This document shows positions 31,568 through 46,549 of a stretch of 64,000 nt of DNA, in pieces. The stretch comes from the human T2T-CHM13v2.0 reference genome, Homo sapiens. Where the stretch lies: NCBI RefSeq assembly GCF_009914755.1, contig NC_060931.1. One strand, given 5' to 3'. Each line of letters starts with the position of its first letter. The stretch's first letter is position 1. The notes under the pieces are model-generated. The model ran no database searches. It was not told the origin of the DNA and was given only the letters and a program-made list of their open reading frames with translations. Position numbers and translations under genes: made by a program.

Positions 31568-32167
31568 CCTGCGCCCACTGTCTGGCACTCCCTAGTGAGA
31601 TGAACCCGGTACCTCAGATAGAAATGCAGAAATCACCCGTCTTCTGCGTCGCTCACGCTGGGAGCCGTAGACCGGAGCTGTTCCTATTCGGCCATCTTGG
31701 CTCCATTAACCTATTCTCTTTCTTAAGTAATTATTCATAATGTTTACTTGGGAGTTTTCTTTTCATTTCTTTGCTCCCATTGCCCCAAAGTCATTAACAC
31801 ATTAGTAAAATCTATGGTGTTGTGATTTCTGTTAAATTATAGGACCCAAGGAGCTACTGTTACTAAAAATATGGTCTTGTCACCAAAATTATGCCTGATT
31901 TTAAAAGGTTCTCTGAAGAATTAAATGAAATGATAGCAATATCAGCTATATAAGTTGATTAATCATAAGTTTTCTTCTAACAATATTTTTTCATATCCTG
32001 TCTGAGTTAGCATTTCAAAAGAAAGATACTGTGAAATAATCTAACAAGACTTTATAGTATTTAATGGGGCATTTCAGAGGGCCTGACAGAACTTTGGGAA
32101 GACACATTTGGGCCCGCAGAGATACTTTTAGGTCCAGGGAGGAAAAATTGCCTTTTTCCTACCAAAT

Positions 32168-32345
32168 CATTTATTATGAAAAAATTTCAGACATGCACGA
32201 AAGTTGAAAAGATTGTATGGTGAACACGCATAGTCCCACTACCTAAATTCTATAATTAATATTTGCTATATTTGCTTAATCACACATCTTTTCATCTATC
32301 CTCACCTCTATCAATTTATCTTGGCTTTCGAATGCATTTCAAGAA
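32168..32345 (-). mobile_element. Old L1M (MC/MD/ME) 3' end fragment
   Basis: tttattatgaaaaaatttcagacatgcacgaaagttgaaaag pattern. Confidence 0.6.
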
Positions 32346-32416
32346 TTGCCTTTTAGGAGCCTCTTTAATTTATATCTCAAAGACATTTTCTTTCTCTGCT
32401 CAAGGTTAAAGCTAAC

Positions 32417-34688
32417 TGATATGGTTTGGCTGTGTCCCCACTCAAATCTCAACTTGAATTGTATCTCCCAGAATTATGTGTTGTGGGAGGGATCCAAGGG
32501 GAGATAATTGAAGCATGGAAGCCAGTCTTTCCCATGCTAGTCTCATGATAGTGAATAAGTCTCACAAAATCTGATGGGTTTATCAGGGGTTATTGCTTTT
32601 GCTTCTCTCTCATTTTCTCTTGCTGCTACCACATAAGAAGTACATTTTGCCTCCCACCATGATTCTGAGGCGTCCTCAGCTATGTGGAACTGTAAGTCCT
32701 ATTAAACCTCGTTTTCTTCCTAGTCTTGGGTATGTCTTTAGGCAGCATGATAACAAACTAATACAGTAAGTTGGTACCAGTAGAGTGGGGGATTGCTGAA
32801 AAGATACCCCAAAATGTAAAAGTGACTTTAGAACTGGGTAACAGACAGAAATTGGAACAGTTTGGAGGCCTCAGAAGAAGACAGGGAAATGTGGGAAAGT
32901 TTGGAACCTCCTAAGGACTTGAATGGCTTTGAAAAAAATGCTGGTAGTGAGATGAACAATAAGGTCCAGGCTGAGGTGGTCTCAGATGGAGATAAGGAAC
33001 TTATTGGGAACTGGAGCAAAGGTGACTCTTGTTATGTTTAAGCAATGAGACTGGTGGCATTTTTCCCCTGCCCTATAGATTTATGGAACTTTGAACTTGA
33101 GAGAGATGATTTAAGGTATCTGGTGGAAGACATTTCCAAGCAGCAAAACATGCAAAAGGTGACTTTGGTGCTGTTAAAAGCATTCAGTTTTAAAAGGGAA
33201 ACAGCATAAAAGTTCAGAAAATTTGCAGCCTGATGATGAAGTAGAAAAGAAAAAGCCCATTTTTTGAGAAGAAATTCAAGCTGGCAGCAGAAATTTGCAT
33301 AAGTAGCAAGGAGCCTAATGTTAAATCCCAAGACCATGGGGAAAATGTTTCCAGGCCATATCAGAGACCTTCACAGAAGCCCCTCCCATCACAGACCCAG
33401 AGGCCTAGGAGGAAAATGTGTTTTCATGGGCAGGGACCTGGGTCCCTGTGCTGTGCACAGTCTGGCAACTTGGTGCCCTGTGTCACAGCCACTCCAGCCA
33501 TGGCTGAAAGGGGCCAATGTACAGCTCAGGCTGTGGCTTCAGAGGGTGGAAGCCCCAAGCCTTGGCAGCTTCCGTGTGGTATTGATTCTGCAGGTATACA
33601 GAAGTCAATGATTGAGGTTTGGGAACCTCTGCCTAGATTTCAGCAGATGTATGGAAATGCCTGGATTCCCAGACAAAAGTTTGCTACAGGGGCAGCGCCC
33701 TCATGGAGAACCTCTGCTAGGGCAGTGCAGAAGGGAAATGTGGGGTCAGAGCCCCCACATAGAGTCCCTACTGGGGCACTGCCTAGTGGAGCTGTGAGAA
33801 GAGGGCCACAGTCCTCCAGATCCCAGAATGGTAGATCCACTGGTAGCTTGCACCATGTTCCTGGAAAAGCCACAGACACTCAATGCCAGCCCATGAAAGC
33901 AGCCAGGAGGGAGTCTGTACCCTACAAAGCCACAGGGGCAGAGCTGCCCAAGACTGCTGCTATCTTTTATAGCAGCGTGACCTGGATGTGAGACCTGGAG
34001 TCAAAGGAGATCATTTTGGAGCTGTAAAATTTGACCGCCTCACTGGATTTCAGACTGGCATGGGCCCTGTAACCCTTTTGTTTTGGCCAAGTTTTCCCAT
34101 TTGGAATGGCTGTATTTACCCAATACCTGTACCACTATTGTATCTAGGAAGTAACTAGATTGCTTTCAATTTTACAGGCTCATAGGAGGAAGGGACTTGC
34201 CTTGTCTCAGATAAAACTTTGGATTGTGGACTTTTGGGTTAATGCTGAAAGAGTTAAGACTTTGGGGAACTGTGGGGGAATGCATGATTGGTTTTAAAAT
34301 GTGAGGACATAAGATTTGGAGGGGCAGGAGTGGAATGATATGGTTTGGCTGTGTCCTCACCCAAATCTTGACTTGAATTTTATCTCCCAGAATTACCACG
34401 TGTTGTGGGAAGGACCCAGAGGGAGGTAATTGAATTGTGGGAGCCCGTCTTTGCCGTGCTATTCTTGTGATAGTGAGTAAGTCTCATGAGATCTGATGGG
34501 TTTATCAGGGGTTTCTGCTTTTGCTTCTCTCTTATTTCTCTTGCTGCCACCATATAAGAAGTGCCTTTTGCCTCCCACTATGTTCCTGAGGCCTCCTTAG
34601 CCATGTGGAACTGTAAGTCCAATTAAAGCTCTTTTTCTTCCCAGTCTCAGATATGTCTTTATCAGCAGTGTGAAAACAGACTAATACA
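32417..34688 (+). mobile_element. Complete THE1A provirus (LTR 32417-32765, int 32766-34335, LTR 34336-34688)
   Basis: Two TGATATGG...AATACA LTRs and a perfect 5-bp TSD CTAAC (32412-32416 and 34689-34693). Confidence 0.95.
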
Positions 34689-37274
34689 CTAACCTATAAC
34701 AGTTTTAAACAAAATAGAAAAAAAGCTATAAGCAGATTTTTAACTGAGTTTCCATATGTCAGAATCTGCTGCTTGAGGGTACTTTTCTAGTTTGTTAGAA
34801 ATCTAACTTCCAGTTGTCAACACTACAACAGGAATTTGTTCCTAAGATGAATAACTTGATTATTTCATGGGATTGAAAATAGAGAGCCTTCCTTACTTAT
34901 TCTTTTTCTTTGCTCCTTGAATATTTTTGCATATCCTTATCATCCATAGACAGCTGTGGCAATGCATGGGGTGAAGAAGTAGAGGAACCTAAATATATAT
35001 AACTATTTGCTTCTGTCATTAAATTGATGTGATAGCAGAGAGAGTATAGTTTTGTGACTGCAAGAATTTTTCCATTATTTCTAATTCTAAACCACTGAAA
35101 GCTTATGAAAAGAAAGCTTGACAAAGGCCACATTCTGCAACCAACACTCATTGAGTATGGATAAATCTATGGCGGGAATGAAAAACAGAGATAAGCAACC
35201 AATTACTACCGTATTACCAAGGATATGAAATTGGCTCTAGTTAAGGTGTAAAACTGCTGTTAAAAATATGTGCATATGTCAAAAATTTAAAGGAAAGTTG
35301 TTGAAATAATGAACAAATGAAGTAAAGTAAAAAAAAAAAAATTGTTTCGCAGAAGACCTTGGAAGCAATATATTTGACCCAATGAAATCAATGCTAGAGC
35401 AAATTACATAAACTTGAAAGCAAAAGGGGAAGGAAAAGGAAATAAAAGGAAGAAAAGATCCTCTAAGAAATTGTCTTAACCTCTATGGCAGAATTTTTGA
35501 AAAACTTGTCCTTTACAAGTAAAAGAAAACAAACTGAACCTCCATTTCCCCATACCTACTGTCTTTTATTTTGTTCTCTATCTTTGGTGAAGGAACATTT
35601 TTAAAAAAGAAAAACTTCCTTATGTTGCAGACAAATATATTTGTAAACTACAATGAGAATAAATAACTAGAAAAATGAAATACATAAAGTTTAATAGCTC
35701 CTATTTTTTATTAAGCAGGTATTAAATTGCTCTGTTAAATAGCTCTAAAGATTTAGAAACCCATCCACTCAGTTCCTCTACTTGTGTAGACCAATAGCAA
35801 ACAGTCATGGACAACAGTGTGCAGAATGCTGTGACTTAGATAAGGTGTCATTGCGTTTTGAAGGTTAATACTCAAAAAAAAAAAAAAGAGAGAGAGAAAC
35901 AAATATGAACAAACCTTTTGTTTTGAATGACTTATAACCCTTCTATTTTCAACTCCTAAAGAGTCAACTAGTCATTACCAGTTTCTCTATCATAAGTCAG
36001 TAAGTGTTTAATTTAACTATAAGGGTAAATTTACATTTTATAAAAAGCCAACATTTTTAATAAAGCAAACTAACCATATCTGTAAGAGAGTGTCTATTAG
36101 CAAACTCACTGATTATGGTATAGAATTATAATCTAAAAAATGGTTGCCCTTCACGGAACTATAAAAAGTACCATAATCAATGAACTTGTTAATTGACATT
36201 CTCTTACAGATATGCTTGGTTTGATTTTTCTTAATATGTAGTCCATTAGAAAAAGACAAATGGAAGATTTATTACCTCTCTTCTTCTCCCCTCCCTGCTC
36301 TACTCTATTACTTGTCAAACTTTATCTAGTATCCCATCTTTCAGACTTCAACTGCCACATATACACCATGCCTTTGATAAAATACCAAAGCAGTTGAGAA
36401 CACTCATAATATTTTCACTAGTACTTTACAGAAATAAATCTCTTTATTGTTCTTAAAAGACAGTTATCAAAAAGATAAAGTGCAATACTTTCAAAGCAAT
36501 GTTAACTTATCTCTAATTCTGCAAAACTTATCTTCACACCACAAGTGTTAAAACAGACAGAAACTCCATCACTTCAAAAACAGCCAAATTAAAAATTTAG
36601 CTTTTGAGCTCAGAGCTTAATCTTCACACCCGCCAGATTCACAGTGCCCAATAAAGTTTCATACTTTCATTTCTGATAAAGTTGTTTCAATAATGTGTGT
36701 TATCTTTTTACATCTTGAACATATGATTTATTGTATTTAACTGGCTATGTGATAAGATTTTTTATGAAGATTGATTAGTGTATCACTAGGCCAATCAGTA
36801 TCATAAAAAGGTAAAGACTGAAAATATTAAAACCTGAATTGCCAGTTAAAACAGTTGAGCAGTGAAATGGTGGAAGAAGCAGCTGCTGTATTTATTATAG
36901 TTTATGACAATTTTTGGATGATATCATAAACATTTCATAAATATTACGCATTCTCACCTTACTTCTTGAAATATAAAAAACAGCGATTCTTTTCCAATCA
37001 TTGTACCTCTGTGTGTTTAATGGGCCTTGCTGGAGGGAGGACTGTTTTTAGCAGAAACTCATTAAATTGCAGACATTTCGGGAATTGTGTGTAGTAGCAA
37101 AGCAAAACCCTGGAGCAGCTATACCGAGCAAGAAGGAAAAGTAGCAGAGAAAATTCCTAGGAATAAGATATTGACGAGCCAGAAGTCAGTGGACACTGTA
37201 ATCTTTGTGTCCTCAAGGAACAATGTCGTTGAAATAGTCTGACATAGATCCAGAAAGTGGCTTACCTATTTATT

Positions 37275-37415
37275 TTGTTTATTATTTGTTTCTCCCTACC
37301 AGGGTGTAAAAATCTATGAAAACATGGGGTTTTATCCTTTTTAATTCACCACCAAATACCCTGTGTTTGGCACACGGTATTCGTTCAATAAATATTTGTT
37401 GAATGAATGAATGGA
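37275..37415 (+). mobile_element. L2 3' end
   Basis: ttggcacacggtattcgttcaataaatatttgttgaatgaatgaat. Confidence 0.75.
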
Positions 37416-38829
37416 TGCCTTGTCCTTCTGAATGAGTGTGTTGGGAAACATGCCTTCCACACCAGGAATTACTTATGAGGCTGCTTTGTAACACTGGGAA
37501 TGAAGGCAATTTGACTATGGGAACTTAAACATTCTCAGTAAATCAAAAATATCTTTTCAGTCAGTAGAGATCACCAAAAAGGGTATAAGTAACCAAGGGA
37601 TCCATTTGACTGTAACTGTATCTGAAGGGGAACTTTCTAGCTAAAAAATACTCCAGATTTTTATTGTTGTTGTTCTTTGTTTTGTTTTTGTAAGCAAACC
37701 CACCCCTCACTTTACCAGGATGAAATGAATAATGAAAGCACATCAACATATTCTTGAGAGAACACAGGGACTGGGGCACAATGGGTTGCACGCAGTGTGG
37801 GGTTATTTAGGGTCAAGATGGCTCTAGAGCAAGCAAACAACGTGTGAGAATTTGGAGATGTAGCTAAAGCATTTTAGGACAGTAATAGTGATATCAGGCA
37901 GGATCTGAAGGTTTCATATGGTTACACGGGGATTTTGGCAGTCTGATATTCTTTAGTGACGGCAATTTCTGATTACAATTAGCAGCAAATAATTCTGGAA
38001 ATGAAAAGTAAGTAAAATATAATCTGGGCATCCACTGTATACCCCTTGTTTGCCAGCAGTTTGACAAAAGTTCCTTAATTGTTCTCAACTTTATTAATTT
38101 TTGCCTTAATTCTCTACCCTCCTCAAATCTTGATCAATTATGGCATTGTGTTATGGCTATAAGCTGATTATTAGACATGAGGTTCTTCCAGTTGAGATTT
38201 GGCCATCTTAACCTATTTTGTCATCTACCCAACCTCTAATAGCAGAACAAAATGGTACAAAAAAGTAAGCGTAATCTAACAATCTAGATTCTGAATTAGA
38301 CAGAAATATAATGGAGTGCATCAATGAATAAGATATATTTAATAAGGACAGGTTGGAATTAGGCTAAAATTAACATAATTTTTAGTGATAGTGCAGATTT
38401 AAAATATGAACACCTATTTGGGTACAAATATGGATGCCATAACTTTACTATGAGCTTAGGTATTTTTTCTGATTAATTATTTTATGTTTAATATTAAGTA
38501 TAATAAGTCTCTAAAATTCTATATATCTCTATATAGACTCTGTATAAGCTAATGTATATCTCTATAAACTGACTTCAAACCATTTTGAGAACATACCCAC
38601 AGACACACACAGAACCAATAAATACTACCCCTCTCCAAAAAATGAGTAGACTCAATCAAATTAACAAAATTTAATTCACATACTAAATTCCCAGTATTTA
38701 GTAAGGCATGTGATTACAAATATTAATCCAAATTCATCCAGGATTATAAGTGAGGTAAAAAAAAAAGAGCTACTTTAAAATAGTCTTTCCATTAAAGAAT
38801 ATTGAGTGTCTTAATTTATTAAATTATTT

Positions 38830-39106
38830 GGTTACATATCTGAATTTAATTGTAGTTTTTTATATGGGTCTATATTTAACTTTAATTTAGGTATTTTGGT
38901 GTGTTTGTCCTTGTTGTTTAAATGATTAATTTCTCATATTTTCTCTTTGTTTTTGTATATGGAAGACATTCACTTTTTGCATAAAAGTCTTGTTCCCAAT
39001 CATTTTGCAGATATTTTCCATAAAGTCTAATCATTTTTAATATAGTCTCTTAGGATTTTTTTTTGTAAACAGTCTTATTATGTACAAAACATAATAAATT
39101 TGACTT
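38830..39106 (-). mobile_element. Old L1M fragments (host of the KPNA2 retrocopy)
   Basis: T-rich antisense L1 motifs such as tttgcagatattttcc and ctcttaggatttt...aaatttgacttc. Confidence 0.5.
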
Positions 39107-41050
<1,944 letters not shown>

Positions 41051-41069
41051 AAATTTGACTTTTATCTGA

Positions 41070-41456
41070 TGCTAAATCACTTTCCCTTGCCTCACGGTTT
41101 TTGAGTTGTGAGCATGTGATTTAGCCATGGCTGAGTGTGAGCCCCTGCCTGCGACTTTAAATCTTGTGGAAGTGAAGCCAACAGACAGGCCAGGGAGAGA
41201 GATTGTTTGCTGTAGCTGTAGAGCAGTTGAGAGCCTGGTGGTTTAATGATGAGTGCTTGATGAAGCTGTGGGCCTCTTCAACAGATCATGGTTAGAAAAG
41301 GATCTGAGCTTTCTCCTTTTTTAAATTTCCTTTCAAATGCAGTTCTCCAGCTTTCTAGTTGATTCTGTAAACTCTCCAGTATCCTTCTAATTAATTCATT
41401 TTCTGTGTGAATTAACTGCATTTAGTTTCAGTTGTCTTCAACAAAGAATCCTGACA
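41070..41456 (+). mobile_element. Ancient MaLR/ERVL-type LTR fragment
   Basis: 3' end ttaattcattttctgtgtgaattaac...tttcagttgtcttcaacaaagaatcctgaca resembles old MLT/ERVL LTR ends. Confidence 0.5.
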
Positions 41457-41759
41457 GGGTAGAGTGTAGGGTGGAGGATGGTGATGCAATAAAATAAAAA
41501 TTTAGAAAACAATAATTACGTTTGGGGGAGCAAATAATTTTTGGATTAGCTAAGTAGAGGAAATGGATGAGAATGACTGATCAGGAAAGATAAGAGAGGG
41601 CTTTAAATTAATAATCTCAGATTTAAAAAACATCCTATGGGCTTTATAAGTATTTGATGATTTTTTTTTAAATAAAAGTATGAGTTGACAAAGCTAGTCT
41701 TATAACACTGTAAAAATGAAACTTTTTTAAACCTTAATTTCAGTGCAAATTGAGAATGA

Positions 41760-42520
41760 CTTGATAGGGATCAAATACCTGCTTTGGATCCTGCAGGGCT
41801 CCCTGCACTGAGCATGCCAGCAGACTGGAAACCTACCACTGCTAGTGTTTGTGACCTCCCACTTCCACTTTTTAAATGTGTGGAGTGGAAGAGACCAGAG
41901 AGAGAGAAGATTTTTCTGGAAAAAGGTACCTGTGTGTTATCTGTCGCCTTCCATGAGGGAATTACATGGAATGTGTCCTGGGAACTGCAGTCAAAGGTCC
42001 TAGCAGAGAAAATTTAAAAAACAAAACAAAACAAAACACAAAAGTGCTTTTCAAAGGAGAAGTGAGTTGAAACAAAACAGTACTTGTGCATTCATTATAT
42101 CCAGAAATAGGAACTCTTCTATCAGCCCTGTGACATGCTTTGTTTATCTCTAATTACCTTTTCTCCCAGTACTGTGCCTCAAGTTATCAGTCAGAATAGC
42201 CAGGACTGGGGAAGAAGGAGAATGAGGAATAGAGGAGCAAAAAAGCTCTCACCCTTATTGCAGGCACAAGCTTTATGAGTTCCCTATCTGGGACATGGGG
42301 ATAAAACAAGGAAAGTGAAGGTGTGTAAATTGTGGTGGACTATATTGAGATTGTTTGTGATCAAAAGGGCCTAGACAATTGAGAGGATCTGCCTGAAACT
42401 TGTGGCAGATGTAGCCAAGGAATTAGTTCATGAGCTTGTTTGAAGTTGAATGGAAGAAAGAATAAAGCTGTTTTCTGCTTTTATCCTGCTGAGTCCAGCT
42501 GATTCAATAAAATATTTACA
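41760..42520 (+). mobile_element. Ancient LTR fragment (LTR78-like)
   Basis: Ends aataaagctgttttctg...tgagtccagctgattcaataaaatatttaca. Family recalled from memory. Confidence 0.4.
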
Positions 42521-43084
42521 TATTGTTGTGTGAAGGGGAAAGAGTCCAGTATGAGGAGACATGGAAAACAAGAAAGTCAGATAGGATATAATAACAGCTA
42601 GCAAGGAATGAGTTTTAAAAACCCTAAAGCTTGTGATGAAATAGAAACAAAAAGGACAGATGTGAGAGAGATAGATGTGAGAGAGATTTAAAGGACAATT
42701 TTTGGCAGGGGATGATGGCTAACTGGATTGAGTAAGAAGATAGAAGATTAAAAGATTAGTTTGAGGTTTCAAGCCTGGAATATTGGTGACACCATTTAAA
42801 AAAAATAGAGTAATCAAAATGACCTTAATATTGGGAAAATAAAGGGATAAATGAGGAAAAAATGAATGTGCTTTGGGAAGTAACACTAAATAAAAAGAGA
42901 AAAATTCAGAGGTTCTTGGGTCTCAGAAACAAAATAGGAGCAGGTAGGATTTCACAGAAGATTGTGAAATAGTGAAGAGGGGAAATAGTTTACTACAGAA
43001 TGTATATTATCTCCAAAATGCTCACTCCTGAATAATAACAATAATCACAATTTATATCATTGGTGCTTGGGGGAATACTAATAA

Positions 43085-43245
43085 AATTATTGAGGGCTTA
43101 CTATGTGCCAGGCACCATGGGAGTGCACTAAATGTACCATCTCATTTAATTTAGGACAGCATTCTTTAGTCTGTAGTACTATTATGCTTACTTTATAGAA
43201 AAGGAATAGGAGACAGTGAGTTTAGGGAACTTACTGAAGTCAGTT
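43085..43245 (-). mobile_element. MIR
   Basis: ttattgagggcttactatgtgccaggcac...atctcatttaat. Confidence 0.7.
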
Positions 43246-43324
43246 ATTTATTATCAATTAAAGATTCTGGTACTGATTATGTCCCAAGGGAACCATCAGA
43301 TATGGAAATGATCAATTTCCAAAA

Positions 43325-43548
43325 GAAATAAGCATATAAGATTATACTTGGACATAAAGATGGAACAGAGAAACTTGGGACTACTAGTGGGGTTGGGGGC
43401 GGGGGGCGAGGGTAGAAAACCTACCTGTCGGTTACTATGCTCACTACCTAAATGACAGGATCATTCATACACTGAACCTCAGGAACATGTAATTTACCCA
43501 TGAAACAAACCTGCACATGTACTCCCTGAACCTAAAATAAAAGTTGAA
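43325..43548 (+). mobile_element. L1 3'UTR end fragment (L1PB/L1PA15-16-like)
   Basis: ggacataaagatgg...aacaaacctgcacatgtactccctgaacctaaaataaaagttgaa. Confidence 0.8.
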
Positions 43549-43679
43549 TTTGAAACTTGCCTCTTAATTTCTTGTTTTTAATAATAATAATATATTGTGG
43601 TTTTGGCTCCCATATCCTGATTTTGCATGCAACTATTATCTCTGAAACTTATCTTCCAATCTCTTTTTCTTAAAAAAAT

Positions 43680-45445
43680 ACAAGCTTTTAAATTTAGAAT
43701 AGTTTTAAGTTTACAGAATTATTGTGAAGATAGTACAGAGAGCTCCTGTAGACCCCACACCTGCTTTCCTCTATTATTAACATCATACATTTGTATAGTA
43801 GGCTTGTTACAATTAATGAGCCAATATTGGTATATTATTTGCATCTAAAGTTCATACTTTATTCACATTTTTCTAGATTTTTCCTGTAATGTGATTTTTC
43901 TGTTCAGGATCCCACCCAGGGTACTGTGTTACATTTAGTTGTCACAGCTTCATGGAGCTTCTATGTTGTGACAATTTCTTAGACATTCTTTGTTTTTTAT
44001 CATCTTGACAGTTTTGAGGAATACTGGACTGGCCAGTTATTTTGTAGAATGTTTCTCAATTTGGATTTGTTTGATATTTATCTCATTATTAGACTGGGAT
44101 TATGAGTTCTTAGTGACGAAGACCACAAAGATTAGGGGCCATTCTCATCACATCATATCAAGGGTATATTCCATCTACATGACTTATCTCTGTTTACATT
44201 GACCTTGATTACCTGGCTGAGATGGTGTTTGTTAGGTATCTACACTGCAAAGTTACTTTTTAATTTATTCCTTTTCATATTACATGCTTTGGAAGAAAGC
44301 CAGTACATGCAACCCACACTAAAAGCAGTGGGGAGCTATGCTCCCCCTCCTTGACAGCAGAGTATCTACAAACATTATTTGGAATTCTTCTGCATGAGAA
44401 ATTTGTCTATACACCTGCATTTATTTATTGGTTCAACTATTTGTTATATCAGTATGGACTAATGGTATTGTTTATATTTTGGATGATAATTTATTTATTT
44501 TATTGCTCAAATTGTTCCAGGTTTGGCCATTGGGAGCTTTTTCAGTTGGTTCTTGTATCTCTTTGGCTTACCACTGTCATTTTTGTGTGTGAGTACTTTC
44601 TTATTTTTCTGGCTTTGGGCTCATCTTGAATACTTTTTTTGCCATAGTCTTAGAACCAGCAATTTATCCAAGGAACCCTGGTTCCTTTTATTGGATAAAG
44701 CAATTAGAAAGCAATATCTGGACACTAGGTGTGTTCCTTGCTTTCTGTGTGTCAGTGCTTCTGTACCCTCTCAATGAATAGAACAAGGAGATATATGTGT
44801 ATGTATCAACCCATGTATATGCCCATATCTATGATGTTTTCTATGTGTAACCATCTATAGCTATATTAATTAAGCGTGAGTTTGTACTGATATCTCCAAC
44901 TCTAATCTAGTACCACATTGATCATTTTAGCCTCCTTTCTTGCTTATCTTATTTCTTATTTCTTTCTACTCTAACCATAAGAAATCTGACTCTCACCATT
45001 CACCATTCATAAATTTAATTTTTCAATTCCAGTATACATGAATAGTGGTTCAATAATTGTTAACCCATACCCTTGGGCAAAAAAAACCTTTATCCAGTAG
45101 AGTATATACAGTGCTTATGAACATTTCACTTTGCCTTTAGTCTAAAATAACCCACTCATTTCCAAAGTTACTTAGATCAACATCTTACTCTCTCACTCCC
45201 TTCAGTGGGGTTCACACATTCGTAATAAATTTTGCTGTCTTTGCCATATTCTGCATTTCATTCTGACATCTGCCAACTTTCTGAATGATTGTTTTTAAAA
45301 TTGCTTACGTTATAGTTCACTTTTCATGCTGTAGAGCTCTATGGGTTTTGCTTATTGTCATGTATTAACCATTACAGTACTAAAAAGAATGGCTTCACTG
45401 CCCTAATACATCCTCTGTGCTCCACCTAATCAACCATCCCCAGTA
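43680..45445 (-). mobile_element. L1MC/MD-type 3' region
   Basis: tttagaatagttttaagtttacagaa...gaagatagtacagagagctcc motif followed by long antisense 3'UTR sequence. Confidence 0.75.
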
Positions 45446-46549
45446 TCTTTTTTAATATCAGTCACTTCAGTTATTTGAAAAAAGCTCAAAAGTTACAATT
45501 TGTCTTTGTGTATATGTGTATTCCACATGCACACATACGTATGCTGCTCCATGCCAGATATTTTAATAGGCCCAGGCATGCAGAAAGGATCAAGAAAGGT
45601 AGTTTTTTATCTTCATGAAGCTTACATACTATTGGAGAAAATTGCTTTTGTGGCATGTATTATACATAGAACAGATGTATAGCATATTATGATTTTATGT
45701 TATGAGGAAAACATGATTTAACCTCTGTAAGGTACATAGAATAATCCCAAGTATATAGTTGGTAGTCAGAAGACATGAATGTCATCTACCTTCACCACTC
45801 AAGTTGTTTATTTATTGAACTTGGATTTATTAGCACCCTCTACATGGGAGTGGAATGTGTCTTAGCAAGAATCATGGGTTATGTTTTCCCATTTATCCCA
45901 ATACTGGGTATAATACATTCATTTCACAAGGATATGTCCAGTACCAGGGTTATTCCAGGTTCTGTAACAATGTTAATCCCAGTATTATTAGAGTGAAGAA
46001 TATGTAAATAATATGGAAGGAAGCAGTTGTAAAGTTAGATTGGAGGCAAATTGTGATGGCCTTTACAGGCTTACTGAGTTGTGAATTACACTCAATTACA
46101 TATGACGTAGCGGGAATGCAAAGATGATCAAGATCTAGTTCTTGACCTTAAAATCATGGAATCAAGCATGCACATAAATTATCACTCCTTGAAGCAAGTT
46201 GTGAAAGAGATGGAGGGATGTGTAATGGGGGTAGTGCTGAACCTAGGATAAGTATGGAATGAGGCAGACTTAAGTTTCCATACCAGGACACTGGTGTTAT
46301 AGTGTGAACTGCTTTTTAAAAGCCCAGTCCCTATGGTGTGTTTGATTGCAGATAGTCCTGCCAAGTTTGGGGGTAGGAAAACATGTTGTGCACAAGGGCA
46401 GCTTTAAACTGTTACTGGAATTTATACATTAGAACATTTTATCCTTTTGATTCATCTTCTTGAAACGTTTATAAAATTTATAGTTTTATAGTTTTTATAC
46501 AAGTGTAGTTTTTATTTATATAGTTCTTATATTTTTAAAATATAAAAAC

